A DNA stretch of 56,868 nucleotides from Chloroflexota bacterium (GTDB lineage Bacteria > Chloroflexota > Dehalococcoidia > SM23-28-2 > RBG-16-64-32), in contig VBEI01000094.1 of assembly GCA_005882715.1 (NCBI GenBank), positions 1 through 56,868 on the forward strand. The letters are read 5' to 3'. The translations under genes were made by a program, and so were the position numbers. The notes beneath the pieces were generated by a model. It was not told where the DNA came from. It saw only the letters and a program-made list of their open reading frames with translations, and made no database searches. Each line of letters starts with the position of its first letter. The stretch's first letter is position 1. Below, piece by piece: positions 26,107 through 36,100 of the stretch.

Positions 26107-27585
26107 GTGCAAGTCCAGGATTATCGCCTCGAAGCGCCGTTCCGGGCTATCCTCTCAGAGCTGGCGGCTGTACTCGCGGTCCAGAGGGTGGAGGCGTGGG
26201 CGACGGGCGGCTTCCTGCGCGACGTCCTGCTAGGACGGGAGGTAAAGGACCTCGACATCACGGTCGCCGCCAACCCGCTAGAGCTGGGCCCCCGCATCGC
26301 GGATACCTTCGGCGGTGATTACTTTCCCCTCGACGCCGAACGCCGCCGCGTCCGTATTCTCCTGCCCGACCACGAAATGCATCTCGACCTGATGCCGCTG
26401 GCCAGCTCCATGGAGGACGATCTGTGGTCGCGCGACTTCACGATCGACGCGATGGCGGCCCCACTCAACGAGCTGGCTTCGGGCAGCATGCGGCTGATCG
26501 ATCCCACCGCTGGCTTACCGGATTTGGGTGATCGCATCGTGCGTCATGTCTCCGAGCAAGCGCTGCTGGAGGACCCGCTCCGGCTCCTGCGCGGGGTGCG
26601 GCTCGCCGTTCTTCTCGACTTTGCGATCGAACCGAAGACCAGAGAAGCCATCCACCGTCATTCGGGGCTCGTCAGCGAGGTCGCCACGGAGAGGCAGCGG
26701 GACGAGCTTGTACAGATTCTGAGGACTTCTCGCGCCGCGCGGGGTCTCCGCCTGATGGACGACCTTGACCTCCTCGACCGGGTCCTGCCAGAGTTCGCCG
26801 TGACTCGCGGCGTCGAGCAGCCGAAGGAGCATTATTGGGACGTGTTCAACCACTGCCTCGCCGTCGTCGAGGCGCTGGACATGATCCTCAGCGAGGACGA
26901 GCCGCAGGCTGACCTCGCGAAGTCGCTCTGGAATGAGCTTTGGACCCGGCTGGAATGGTGGGCAGGCGGGCGAACATACTTCAGCGAGGAATTCGTCCCA
27001 AATACGCACCGCTGCTCTCTGACGAAGCTGGCCGGACTGCTGCACGACATTGGCAAGCCGCAGACCAAGGCCGTCGATGACACGGGCCGCATGCGATTCT
27101 TCGGCCACGCCAATGCCGGAGCGCAGATCGCGGCGGGGCTGATGCATCGCCTTCGCTTCTCTTCCCGCGAGACCGCCCTCGTGCGAGGAATGATCGACGC
27201 TCACATGCGGCCCGTGCAGATGGCGCAACAGGGGGCGCCCTCTCGGAAGGCAATTTACCGTTTCTTCCGCGACACGGGGGAAGCGGGCATCGACACTCTC
27301 TTTCTTTCGCTCGCGGACCACCTGGGAACGGCCGGCCCGCGGGTGGACCTGGAGAATTGGCGGCGGCACGTCACGGTCATCGACTACGTGCTGCGGATGC
27401 GGCTAGAGGAACGCGTCGTGGTCGAGCCGCCGAAGCTCGTCGACGGCGACGACCTGATGTCCGCACTGGGCATACCGCCCGGGCCGCGCCTGGGCGAGCT
27501 CCTCGAACTCGTCCGCGAGGCCCAGGCCGCCGGCGCCGTGATCACGCGTGACGACGCGATCGCGCTCGCACGCCGAGAACTCTAA
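26107..27585 (+). CDS. cca: CCA-adding tRNA nucleotidyltransferase / poly(A) polymerase family protein with HD domain
   Basis: 492 aa, GTG start. GGFLRDVLLGREVKDLDI (GGxxRD, DxD) and HDIGK (HD domain). Confidence 0.85.
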   Translation: MQVQDYRLEAPFRAILSELAAVLAVQRVEAWATGGFLRDVLLGREVKDLDITVAANPLELGPRIADTFGGDYFPLDAERRRVRILLPDHEMHLDLMPLASSMEDDLWSRDFTIDAMAAPLNELASGSMRLIDPTAGLPDLGDRIVRHVSEQALLEDPLRLLRGVRLAVLLDFAIEPKTREAIHRHSGLVSEVATERQRDELVQILRTSRAARGLRLMDDLDLLDRVLPEFAVTRGVEQPKEHYWDVFNHCLAVVEALDMILSEDEPQADLAKSLWNELWTRLEWWAGGRTYFSEEFVPNTHRCSLTKLAGLLHDIGKPQTKAVDDTGRMRFFGHANAGAQIAAGLMHRLRFSSRETALVRGMIDAHMRPVQMAQQGAPSRKAIYRFFRDTGEAGIDTLFLSLADHLGTAGPRVDLENWRRHVTVIDYVLRMRLEERVVVEPPKLVDGDDLMSALGIPPGPRLGELLELVREAQAAGAVITRDDAIALARREL

Positions 27586-27681
27586 GTCTGCGGCTTGAAA
27601 CCCGAGCTTCCTGCCACAGATGGCGGCGCGTAGTCGCGGTTTCTTGCTCCTTGCCGCACTCTACACTACGCTAAATCGCGG

Positions 27682-28020
27682 ATGATTCTCCTTCTCGCAA
27701 TGGCGTATCCCGCGACGATAGCGGTACTCTTCTATCTCGCTTTCCTGCGACCTGTGCAGCAGCAACAGAAGAAGCAGCGCGAACAGCTCCTCAGTCTCCG
27801 CGTCGGCGACGAGGTACTCACTCAGGCAGGCTTTCTCGCCGTGATCAAGGAAGTGCTTGTGCCCGAAGAGGCCGGCCCGACGATCCTGATACTCGACCTA
27901 GGCGGCATTGAGGTGAGGGCTGTCGCGTCCGCCATCATCCAGCGGCTTTCACCTGAGAAGGCAAGACAAGTGGCGGCAACTTCAGAACGACAAGAGATGA
28001 GGGAACAGGTCTCGCCATGA
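27682..28020 (+). CDS. yajC: preprotein translocase subunit YajC
   Basis: 112 aa with an N-terminal TM helix and FLRPVQQQQKKQREQLLSLRVGDEVLT. It lies immediately upstream of secDF. Confidence 0.85.
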   Translation: MILLLAMAYPATIAVLFYLAFLRPVQQQQKKQREQLLSLRVGDEVLTQAGFLAVIKEVLVPEEAGPTILILDLGGIEVRAVASAIIQRLSPEKARQVAATSERQEMREQVSP

Positions 28021-28030
28021 TCATGATGAT

Positions 28031-28060
28031 TCTCTCTCCTAGCTCCCGGCTTCTCCTCTA
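28031..28060. repeat. short CT-rich intergenic element, copy C
   Basis: TCTCTCTCCTAGCTCCCGGCTTCTCCTCTA. It shares CTCCTAGCTCC(T/C)GGCT with copy A. Confidence 0.35.
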
Positions 28061-30562
28061 ATGCGCAATCGCTGGAACCAGCTGCTGCTGGGCGGGATCC
28101 TGACGCTGACGGTGTTCTCGATATTGGTCGTCTGGCCGGGCTGGCCAAAGCGCTACCTTCCAGACTTCATCGACTATCCTGAAGGGCCGCTGCTCGACGT
28201 CGGGCCGAACGCCATGAAGCTGGGCCTCGACCTCAAGGGCGGCGCCTACGTCCTCACAGAGGCCGATACGTCCGCTCTCCCCGCGGGCACCAGCGTGGAC
28301 GATGCGATGGATGTCGCCCGGAGTATCATCGAGAACCGCGTAAACAAGTTCGGCGTCTCCGAGACCGAAGTGACGCGCGAAGGCAAGAACCGGCTGGCCG
28401 TCCAGCTCCCGGGCATTGCACCTGAGGAGGCCGCCAGCCTTATCGGCAAAACAGCTCTCCTCGAGTTCCGCGAACCGACCCGCGATGACGCAGGGAAGAT
28501 AGTCTGCGTGAAGAACGACGGATCGGGCGCCGAATTCGCAGTCGAGCCGAACCAGACGGCTGAATCCACGGGGGACAAGGGCGTAAAGCGCTCTGTTTGC
28601 AATAGTCCCTCGGGAGAAACCGGCGAGGTGAAATGGAAACCGGCCGTCGGGGTGATCCAGGGTCAGGCACGAGTCCTCACCGGTCGCTTTCTGAAAGCAG
28701 GCGGGGCGAACGTCGCGGTGCCACCGAGCGGCTGCCAGAATGGACCGGCATGTGTGACGCTTGCCTTCAACGGCGAGGGCGGGACGCTGTTCGAGCAGAT
28801 CACGACAAGGCTTGTGAACTATCCGCTCGCAATCTTCCTGGACGACGAGTTAGTAAGCGCCCCCAAGGTAAACGGGCCGATTAGCGGTGGTAACGGCGTT
28901 ATCGAAGGCGTTCCTCTCGACGAAGCAAAGACGCTCAAGGTGCAGCTGAACGCCGGCGCGCTGCCGGTCCCTCTACACACGATCCAGACGAGTGAGGTCG
29001 ATGCCACGCTCGGGGAAACGACCCTCGTACGCAGCGTTCAGGCGGGCATGATCGGCATCCTGGCGGTCATGGTGTTCATGATCCTGTACTACCGTCTGCC
29101 GGGCGTCCTCGCTTCGCTTGCGCTTGTCACGTATATCTCGACCCTGATGATGATCTTCAAGCTGGGTCCCCTCATCGGCCCTGTCACAATAACCCTCGCC
29201 GGCATAGCGGGCTTCGTCCTATCAGTGGGCATGGCGGTGGATGCCAACATTCTCGTCTTCGAACGCATGAAGGAGGAGTTGCGCGCCGGCCGCGCCCTGC
29301 CGCAGGCGATCGAGCACGGCTTCGACCGCGCGTGGTCGTCCATCCGCGACAGCAACGTCTCGACGCTCATTACCTGCGGCATACTCTGGTGGTTCGGGGA
29401 CCAATTCGGCGCCAACCTGGTAAAGGGCTTCGCCCTCACCCTTGGTCTCGGAGTGCTCATCAGCATGTTCTCGGCGATAGTCATTACTCGCACCCTGTTG
29501 CGCCTGCTCGTCGGGACTCCTCTCGCGCGGAACATGGCGCTTTTCGCGCCGGACCTCGCGGTACGGAGGGTGGCTGCGGGGACGCCATTCATTTTCGATT
29601 TCGTACGGCGACGGGGGTTCTATTTTCTTCTCTCGAGCGCGCTCTTAGTGCCGGGCGTCATCTCGCTGATCGTCCCGCCCGCCCTCAAAGCGGGGATCGA
29701 GTTCAGCAGCGGCGCCACGATGACGATTGCGTTCGACAATGCCAATATCAGCGACAACGCCCTGCACGACGCATTCACCGCGCTCGGCCACAGCGAGGCG
29801 CGTGTGCAGAAGACTTCCGGCGGCGCCTTCATCGTTCGCCTCGGCGAGCTAAAGGGCCCGACAGGGCCGCCGGTCGGCGCCGCGCCGCCGTCTGAACGAG
29901 ACACGCTCGAGCAAGGGCTCGAACGGCGGCTGGGGCCGTTCCGCGTGACGAACTTCAACCAGGTGTCCGAGATCGTCTCCCGGGAGATCGCGCGGAACGC
30001 TGCCATCGCGGTAGGCGTCGCCGCGATCGCAATCTTGCTGTACATCTCGTGGTCGTTCCGCCACCTCGCGAAACCTTACCGCTATGGGATTGCCGCCGTC
30101 GTCGCTGCTCTGCACGACGGCATGTTCGTCCTCGGCGCCTTCTCTATCTTCGGAAAGCTGTTCGGCACCGAGATCAACAGCATGTTCATCACAGGCGTCC
30201 TCACCGTCATCGGCTTCAGCGTCCACGATACGATCGTCGTCTTCGACCGCATTCGCGAGAACGTGGCCGCCAACCCTGGTGTGCCCTTCGATGAGGTCGT
30301 GAACACGAGCCTGACAGAAACCGTCGCCCGCTCCATCAACACCTCGACAACCGTGGTCCTCACGATCCTCTCCCTGCTGCTCCTCGCTGGCGGCAGCATC
30401 GACGTGCTGCTGCTGACGCTGCTCCTGGGCATCATCGCCGGCACCTACAGCTCGATCTTCATTGCCAGCCAGATCCTGGTCGCCTGGGAAGACGGCGACT
30501 TCGAGCGAATATGGCGCCGCTTCGCGCCGCGCCGCCTCCAGCCGGCCCCGGAGCCGTCCTGA
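28061..30562 (+). CDS. secDF: fused protein-export membrane protein SecDF
   Basis: 833 aa. The SecD part has a periplasmic domain, FGVSETEVTREGKNRLAVQLPG, and 6 TM helices. The SecF part has a further 6 TM helices and IVVFDRIRENV. Confidence 0.93.
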   Translation: MRNRWNQLLLGGILTLTVFSILVVWPGWPKRYLPDFIDYPEGPLLDVGPNAMKLGLDLKGGAYVLTEADTSALPAGTSVDDAMDVARSIIENRVNKFGVSETEVTREGKNRLAVQLPGIAPEEAASLIGKTALLEFREPTRDDAGKIVCVKNDGSGAEFAVEPNQTAESTGDKGVKRSVCNSPSGETGEVKWKPAVGVIQGQARVLTGRFLKAGGANVAVPPSGCQNGPACVTLAFNGEGGTLFEQITTRLVNYPLAIFLDDELVSAPKVNGPISGGNGVIEGVPLDEAKTLKVQLNAGALPVPLHTIQTSEVDATLGETTLVRSVQAGMIGILAVMVFMILYYRLPGVLASLALVTYISTLMMIFKLGPLIGPVTITLAGIAGFVLSVGMAVDANILVFERMKEELRAGRALPQAIEHGFDRAWSSIRDSNVSTLITCGILWWFGDQFGANLVKGFALTLGLGVLISMFSAIVITRTLLRLLVGTPLARNMALFAPDLAVRRVAAGTPFIFDFVRRRGFYFLLSSALLVPGVISLIVPPALKAGIEFSSGATMTIAFDNANISDNALHDAFTALGHSEARVQKTSGGAFIVRLGELKGPTGPPVGAAPPSERDTLEQGLERRLGPFRVTNFNQVSEIVSREIARNAAIAVGVAAIAILLYISWSFRHLAKPYRYGIAAVVAALHDGMFVLGAFSIFGKLFGTEINSMFITGVLTVIGFSVHDTIVVFDRIRENVAANPGVPFDEVVNTSLTETVARSINTSTTVVLTILSLLLLAGGSIDVLLLTLLLGIIAGTYSSIFIASQILVAWEDGDFERIWRRFAPRRLQPAPEPS

Positions 30563-30775
30563 AGCTGCGGCAGCGGCGCCAGGAGTGCCGGGGTGCCGAC
30601 TGCCGAGTGCTTACCGCCGAGTGCCCGGTTGGCTTGAGGCGCCAGGTGTGGATGTGGGGGGCGCCCTGAGGGATCGACTCGGGAAAGAGCACCGGGCCTG
30701 AATTTCGGGTGTGAGGCCGGCAGCACCCGTGGTTAGAGAACCTCACCACGAACGGGACGGAGCGACGTTGCCGGT

Positions 30776-30902
30776 GGGTATTGCGGGGACGTACAGCTCT
30801 ATCTTCATCGCCAGCCACATCGCGGTCGCCCGGGAAGACGGCGGCTTCGAGCGCATCTGGCGCTGCTCGCCGCGTTGCGCCCCGAGACGCGCTGCGGGCT
30901 AA
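30776..30902 (+). pseudogene. duplicated, diverged fragment of the secF 3' end
   Basis: GIAGTYSSIFIASHIAVAREDGGFERIWR... aligns base by base with secDF 30427-30540 (GIIAGTYSSIFIASQILVAWEDGDFERIWR), mostly identical by eye, with one indel near the end. There is no N-terminal part. Confidence 0.7.
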
Positions 30903-31058
30903 AGCCGACTCGCTGAAGCTGCTACGGCAGCTTCGAGAGATAGGCGTCGATGCTGACGCTCGTTAGCACAGCACCCGGGTGGCGCGCTTGAGTCCAACCG
31001 AAGCGTGTTTCGCCCACTGCCCGGCGTCAACTGCCCGTTTCACCGAAACCTGACCGCT

Positions 31059-31095
31059 CACCAAAAGGCAACTCCCCGGGTCTTACCCCGGGGAG
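31059..31095 (-). terminator. intrinsic terminator candidate (minus strand)
   Basis: Minus strand: CTCCCCGGG-gtaaga-CCCGGGGAG followed by TTGCCTTTTGG, about 285 nt downstream of the ftsK stop. Confidence 0.5.
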
Positions 31096-31379
31096 CTCAA
31101 TTTGCTAAGCCTTATTCCCGCGTCCGGCCTCTGCTTTCCTTCGGCGCTTTACGCGCCCATGGGCTCTTGAGCCTCTTTGCTGCTAGCCGCTCCGCGGTTT
31201 CGCCGTTCCCCTGCGCTGCTACACAGGGGACCTTGCGTTGTCCACCTCCAGTACTTCGATGAGCGCATGGAGTCTTGTCATACGCTACTTCCTCCAGTCT
31301 GTAGGTTTCACCAACAAAATAGCACAGCGGAAGAAGATGTCAACCCCGGAGGACGCCGATTTCTTGACCTTAACGCGAT

Positions 31380-33767
31380 CTATTCGAAGCGGTCTCCATC
31401 TTCCTCCCACGACCCGCTCAAAACCTCCCGAGATTGGCCGCTTTCCGCTTCGGCGACCACGCCGTTCTCCTCAAGCATATCGATTAGCCGCGCCGCTCTC
31501 GGATAGCCTATGTGCAGACGCCTCTGGAGAAGCGATGTCGAGACCCGCGAATGCTGGCCCGCCAGCTCGCGTGCGGCATCGTACAATGGGTCCTCCTCGT
31601 CGCGCGCAGCCGGACGTTCCCCGTCCGGCTCCTCGAGCGCCTCATCCAGAAGGTGGTCCATCTTGTCGGGCACGAGGTGGCGAAAGCGGTCGCTCGTCCA
31701 CCAGACGACGATCCTATCCAGCTCCTGGTCCGAGACGAACGATCCCTGCAGGCGCTTCGGCTTCGAGGCGTCCGTCGGCATGAAGAGCATGTCGCCGCGC
31801 CCCAGCAACTTCTCGGCGCCCGCACCGTCGATAATCGTCCGCGAGTCCACTTGCGACGAGACGGCGAACGCGATGCGGGTGGGGAAGTTCGCCTTGATCA
31901 GCCCCGTGACGACATCGACTGAGGGCCGCTGGGTGGCGATGATCAAGTGGATGCCCGTCGCCCGGGCCAGCTGCGCGAGCCGGCATATCTGGCGCTCGAC
32001 CTCATAGGGCGCGGCCATCATGAGGTCCGCCAGCTCATCGATCACGACTACCCAGTTGGGGAGCGTGTGTGTGGCTCGCGGGCTCTTGTTGTAGGCCTCG
32101 ATGTTGCGCACACCCACCGAGGCAAACCGCCTGTAGCGGCTGTCCATCTCGTGAATAATTGCTTGCAGCGTGCCGACGACTTCTTCCGTATCAGTGATGA
32201 TTTTGGAGAACGCGAGGTGCGGGATACTGCCGAAGTTCGCCAGCTCCACCCGTTTCGGGTCGATGAGGACCAATCGCAACTCCTCAGGCGTGTTATGCAG
32301 CAGGAAGCCGGCGATGACTGAGTTGATGCAGACGCTCTTGCCGCTCCCCGTCGCTCCGGCGATGAGGAGGTGCGGCATCCTCGCGAGGTCAGCAGCGACA
32401 GGCTCGCCGGAAACGCCCTTCCCCAGGGCGATCGCGAGCTTCGACCGCATGTTGGCTTTCTGGAAGGCCGTGCTCTCGATCACGCTGCGAATGGCGACCA
32501 GCGAGGTAGTGGTGTTGGGGACCTCGATGCCGACTACCGGCTTGCCCGGGACCGGCGCCTCGATGCGGATTGTCGGCGCAGCCAGGGCCAGGGCGAGATC
32601 GTTCGCCAGATTCGTTATGCGGTTCACTCGGACGCGCGTCCGCGAAACGACCTCGGAGCGCATCTGGGGCCGCCCGTCCCGGTCGTATACCTGCCGGCCC
32701 TTGTCGTCGCGCACCGCCACCGTTCGTGTCTTGGTCTCCCATCCGGGCTCTACGCCGAATTGAGTGACGGTAGGTCCCTGGTTGATCGATGCGACCCGGG
32801 CATCGACGCCGAACGATCCTAGCGTTTCGACGATGAGCTGAGCGCGCGCTTCGTTGTCGATTGGACGCAGCTCCACCTCGGCCGCTTCGGTGAGCAGATC
32901 GAGCGGCGGGAGTTCCCAGCCGTGCCCGGCCGGGCGGCCCATCGGCAGGGGCCGCTGATAGGCCTCAAGGTCTTCCTCTTCGGGGTCGCCTGTTACGACA
33001 ATTTCTTCTTCCTCTGTCGGTGTCTCTTCAACCGGAGCGGGCTTTTCTTCAGGCTCAGTGTCGAGCCAGTCCTCATCGAACTGCGGCATGTATGGCTGAT
33101 CGAGGAGCTTCTCGCTCTCTTCCTCCTCAGCCCGCGGAAGGAGGCTGGCGAAGAAGGACTGGACGCCCCGCCAGATGCTGACGTGCAGCTCCAGGCTCAG
33201 CAGCTGCCGGCCGAGGTTGAGCCCACCCAGCGCTGCAAGCTGGGCGCCTTGCGGCCAGAGCAGCCCCACGCCGGTCAGCGCGAGAGCGACCCAAGTGACT
33301 ATGCCGAACACGCTCCCGGTCAGCGTCTGACCTACGTCGCCGCCGGCCGTCGCATCTCGGAAAGAAACATCTCCAAAATTCCAGTCCGGCGCCCATAAGC
33401 TGAGCGCACCGACTGCGAACGCCAGGATTAGATGCGCGCCGGCCCATCGCCTCAGGAGACGATCGTCCAGCTCGGGGTGCCGCAGGACGAGCGCTACATC
33501 GATGCCGATCGCCGCGATCACGAGCAAAAGCGAGAGCCCGAACAGACTGATGACGTACTCGACGCCGTCTGTTATGTAGGTAGCGAGCAGAAACGCCGCG
33601 ACAGCCAAGACGGCGGCAGCGCCGATTCCAAGCCAGTAGTGCTGTGAATTCTGTATTGCGGCGCCGAAGTGAGCCTGCCGCCGCGAAGCACGGCGGCGAA
33701 CGCCGCTCTGTCTGGGACGGTAGCTTGTAGTCCTTGTAGTCGTACGCGATTTTGTTTTGACGGGCAC
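31380..33767 (-). CDS. ftsK: DNA translocase FtsK/SpoIIIE
   Basis: 795 aa, GTG start. N-terminal TM helices, Walker A IAGATGSGKSVCIN, VVVIDELADLMM, and a C-terminal winged-helix (gamma-like) domain. Confidence 0.95.
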   Translation of the reverse strand: MPVKTKSRTTTRTTSYRPRQSGVRRRASRRQAHFGAAIQNSQHYWLGIGAAAVLAVAAFLLATYITDGVEYVISLFGLSLLLVIAAIGIDVALVLRHPELDDRLLRRWAGAHLILAFAVGALSLWAPDWNFGDVSFRDATAGGDVGQTLTGSVFGIVTWVALALTGVGLLWPQGAQLAALGGLNLGRQLLSLELHVSIWRGVQSFFASLLPRAEEEESEKLLDQPYMPQFDEDWLDTEPEEKPAPVEETPTEEEEIVVTGDPEEEDLEAYQRPLPMGRPAGHGWELPPLDLLTEAAEVELRPIDNEARAQLIVETLGSFGVDARVASINQGPTVTQFGVEPGWETKTRTVAVRDDKGRQVYDRDGRPQMRSEVVSRTRVRVNRITNLANDLALALAAPTIRIEAPVPGKPVVGIEVPNTTTSLVAIRSVIESTAFQKANMRSKLAIALGKGVSGEPVAADLARMPHLLIAGATGSGKSVCINSVIAGFLLHNTPEELRLVLIDPKRVELANFGSIPHLAFSKIITDTEEVVGTLQAIIHEMDSRYRRFASVGVRNIEAYNKSPRATHTLPNWVVVIDELADLMMAAPYEVERQICRLAQLARATGIHLIIATQRPSVDVVTGLIKANFPTRIAFAVSSQVDSRTIIDGAGAEKLLGRGDMLFMPTDASKPKRLQGSFVSDQELDRIVVWWTSDRFRHLVPDKMDHLLDEALEEPDGERPAARDEEDPLYDAARELAGQHSRVSTSLLQRRLHIGYPRAARLIDMLEENGVVAEAESGQSREVLSGSWEEDGDRFE

Positions 33768-33775
33768 GTTGCGGG

Positions 33776-35443
33776 CTAGACCTCAACGCTTACTGGAAGC
33801 ACCATCGGCCTGCGCCGCGTCTCCTCAAACAGAAAGCGAGATAGGGCGTCGTGCACGCGCGTGTTGAAGTCTGCCTTATTAGCCACGTGCGCGCCTCCGC
33901 CTAATGCCTGCACCACGACGTCCTTGGCCCTTTCCATAAGTCCGTCCGACATTTCGCTTTCGATAAATCCCCTTGATACAACGTCAGGGCGTCCGATAGG
34001 TTTACCCGTCTGCCTGTCTATAGCCACGATGGCGACTATCACGCCATCGCCCGCCAGGTGGGCTCTGTCGCGAAGCACAATGCGGTCGATACCGACCGCC
34101 AGACCGTCGACATAAACCCAGTCGGCCGAGGTTCGGCCGGCTACGCGGGCGCCCTTCGCATCGAGCTCCAGGATGTCGCCGTCTTCAAGCGTGAAGACGT
34201 TTTCCGCCGGCAAGCCCATCGAGCGCGCGATCATCGAGTGCATCCAGAGATGCCGGTATTCGCCGTGCACCGGCACGAAGTACCGCGGCTTCACCAGGCC
34301 GATCATGAGCTTCAACTCCTCCTGAGCCGCATGGCCGCGGACGTGGACGCTCGCGATGCGGCTAAAGAGCACCTCTGCGCCCTGACGGTAGAGGTTGTCG
34401 ATCGTGCGGTTGATGAGCAGCTCGTTGCCGGGGATCGGCGAAGAGGACAGCACGACGGTGTCGCCCGGCTGAATCTCGATGTGCCGGTGATCGCGGTTCG
34501 CCATCCGCACGAGTGCGGACGTAGGCTCGCCCTGTGCGCCTGTGGTGATAATGGCGATTTTCTCCGGCGCGAGCTTCTTCATCTTGTCCAGCGACGCGAG
34601 CACATCTCCGGTCGCGGAGAGGTAACCCTGATCGATCGCCATCTTCACGTTGTCGAGCATGCTGCGGCCCGTTATGAACACTCTTCTGTCGTGTTTGGTC
34701 GCGGCATCAATGACCTGCTGAATGCGGGAGATCAGGCTCGCGAACGTGGCTACGATCACCCGGCCCGACGCGTTCGCCATGATCCTGTCAAGCGTTTCCG
34801 AAACGCTTCGCTCGGACGGCGTATAGCCGGTCGTATCCGCGTATGTCGAATCCGAGAAGAGAAGAGCAACGCCTTGGCGACCGATCTCCGCAATGCGGGT
34901 CAGATCGGGTGGCTCTCCCATGACCGGCGTGTGGTCAAACTTGAAGTCGCCGGTATGGAAGACCGTCCCCGCCGGAGTCTGAATGGCAAGCGCTGCCGAG
35001 TCCGGAATACTGTGAGTGATATGTATGAACTCGGCGTTGAACCTGCCCAGCTTGACTCGCTCGCCCGGCCGAACGACGCGCAGATCTGCTTGTTTGTCGA
35101 GACGATGCTCCTCTAGCTTCACCGCGATCAGACCGCGGGTAAGCCGGGTACAGTAGATCGGCGGCATTTTGCCGTTTGGCAGGCGAAGGCGGGGAAGGAC
35201 ATAAGGCAGCGCTCCAGTGTGGTCCTCGTGACCGTGGGTAATGAGCACTCCCCGTAGCTTGCTGATCCGCTCCGTGACATAAGAGACATCGGGGATGACG
35301 AGGTCCACGCCAAGCATCTCTTCATCCGGAAACATGAGCCCGGCGTCGACCAGGATCAGGTCGTCGGCAAGCTCCAGAACCATCATGTTCTTGCCGATCT
35401 CCCCCAGCCCGCCGAGGGGGATGACCCTCAGGTTATCGGCCAT
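33776..35443 (-). CDS. rnj: ribonuclease J
   Basis: 555 aa. Metallo-beta-lactamase / beta-CASP fold with ITHGHEDHTGALPY and overall RNase J layout. Confidence 0.92.
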   Translation of the reverse strand: MADNLRVIPLGGLGEIGKNMMVLELADDLILVDAGLMFPDEEMLGVDLVIPDVSYVTERISKLRGVLITHGHEDHTGALPYVLPRLRLPNGKMPPIYCTRLTRGLIAVKLEEHRLDKQADLRVVRPGERVKLGRFNAEFIHITHSIPDSAALAIQTPAGTVFHTGDFKFDHTPVMGEPPDLTRIAEIGRQGVALLFSDSTYADTTGYTPSERSVSETLDRIMANASGRVIVATFASLISRIQQVIDAATKHDRRVFITGRSMLDNVKMAIDQGYLSATGDVLASLDKMKKLAPEKIAIITTGAQGEPTSALVRMANRDHRHIEIQPGDTVVLSSSPIPGNELLINRTIDNLYRQGAEVLFSRIASVHVRGHAAQEELKLMIGLVKPRYFVPVHGEYRHLWMHSMIARSMGLPAENVFTLEDGDILELDAKGARVAGRTSADWVYVDGLAVGIDRIVLRDRAHLAGDGVIVAIVAIDRQTGKPIGRPDVVSRGFIESEMSDGLMERAKDVVVQALGGGAHVANKADFNTRVHDALSRFLFEETRRRPMVLPVSVEV

Positions 35444-35449
35444 GTCTAT

Positions 35450-36058
35450 CTAGAATAGGCGCATCTGGTCCGGCGCGAGTTCGGCCACAGCGACCGGCTG
35501 CTCCGCCTGGCGAACCTTCTCCAGCGCCTGAGGTATTCTTCGGAAATCGTCCTCGATTGTCTTGCGAAGATTACCCGCGTGCAGCGCCGCGGCGGGATGG
35601 TACATGTGAAGGTAATGCATCCCGTTCTGCCGGCGCAGGTGTCCGTGCACTTTGCTTATCGAGTCGCGCGGAAAGAACCAGGCCAGCGAATATCTCCCCA
35701 GCGTCACGATCAGTTTCGGGTCAATCGTCTGTATCTGCAGGCTCAAGTACTTGCGACAAGCTTCTATTTCAGCAGGCAAGGGATCACGATTGTTCGGCGG
35801 CCGGCACTTGACGACGTTCGTGATATAGACGTCGCTGCGTCGCAGCCCAGCCGATGCGAGCAACTCCTCTAGGAGTTTTCCTGCGGGACCGACAAATGGG
35901 CGCGCCTGCTGGTCTTCATGAAAGCCGGGGCCTTCTCCCACGAACATAACGTCCGCGTCTGGTGGGCCCTCTCCGGGGACAGCTTGAGTGCGCGTGCCGC
36001 AGAGTCCGCAGTCTGTGCAATTGGCTACGCGGCGGTAAAGCTGCTCAAGCTCAATCAC
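35450..36058 (-). CDS. uracil-DNA glycosylase, family 4
   Basis: 202 aa. CTDCGLC (Fe-S cysteines) and GEGPGFHEDQQARPFVGPAGKLL. Confidence 0.9.
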   Translation of the reverse strand: MIELEQLYRRVANCTDCGLCGTRTQAVPGEGPPDADVMFVGEGPGFHEDQQARPFVGPAGKLLEELLASAGLRRSDVYITNVVKCRPPNNRDPLPAEIEACRKYLSLQIQTIDPKLIVTLGRYSLAWFFPRDSISKVHGHLRRQNGMHYLHMYHPAAALHAGNLRKTIEDDFRRIPQALEKVRQAEQPVAVAELAPDQMRLF

Positions 36059-36100
36059 TTTGGTTGATGATAATGTCCGTCCTGCGGCGGGTCAACAAGC

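Noticed and set aside
25294-26112. 272-aa minus-strand ORF
   Set aside because: It is antisense to def and the end of priA. It has no motifs and a typical high-GC antisense composition.
27588-27607. Recurring G(G/C)TTGAAA(A)CCC motif (also at 56333-56344 and 56351-56361)
   Set aside because: There are only three short copies. Two of them form the hisB/purS hairpin region. That is too little to call a repeat family without a genome-wide count.
30656-30683. tmRNA-like 5' motif GGGGGGCGCCCTGAGGGATCGACTCGGG
   Set aside because: It resembles the GGGG...GGATTCGACGGG start of ssrA. However, I could find no T-arm (GGTTCGA-type), no matching 3' acceptor strand with ACCA, and no plausible ...ALAA tag frame within the following 400 nt.
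31126-31147. SRP-RNA-like GAAGGAAAGCAG motif on the minus strand
   Set aside because: It is similar to the GGAAGGAAGCAGC helix-8 core. However, the flanking sequence does not fold into the required hairpin around a GNAR loop, and an alternative local hairpin (GGCGC-GTAAA-GCGCC) competes with it.
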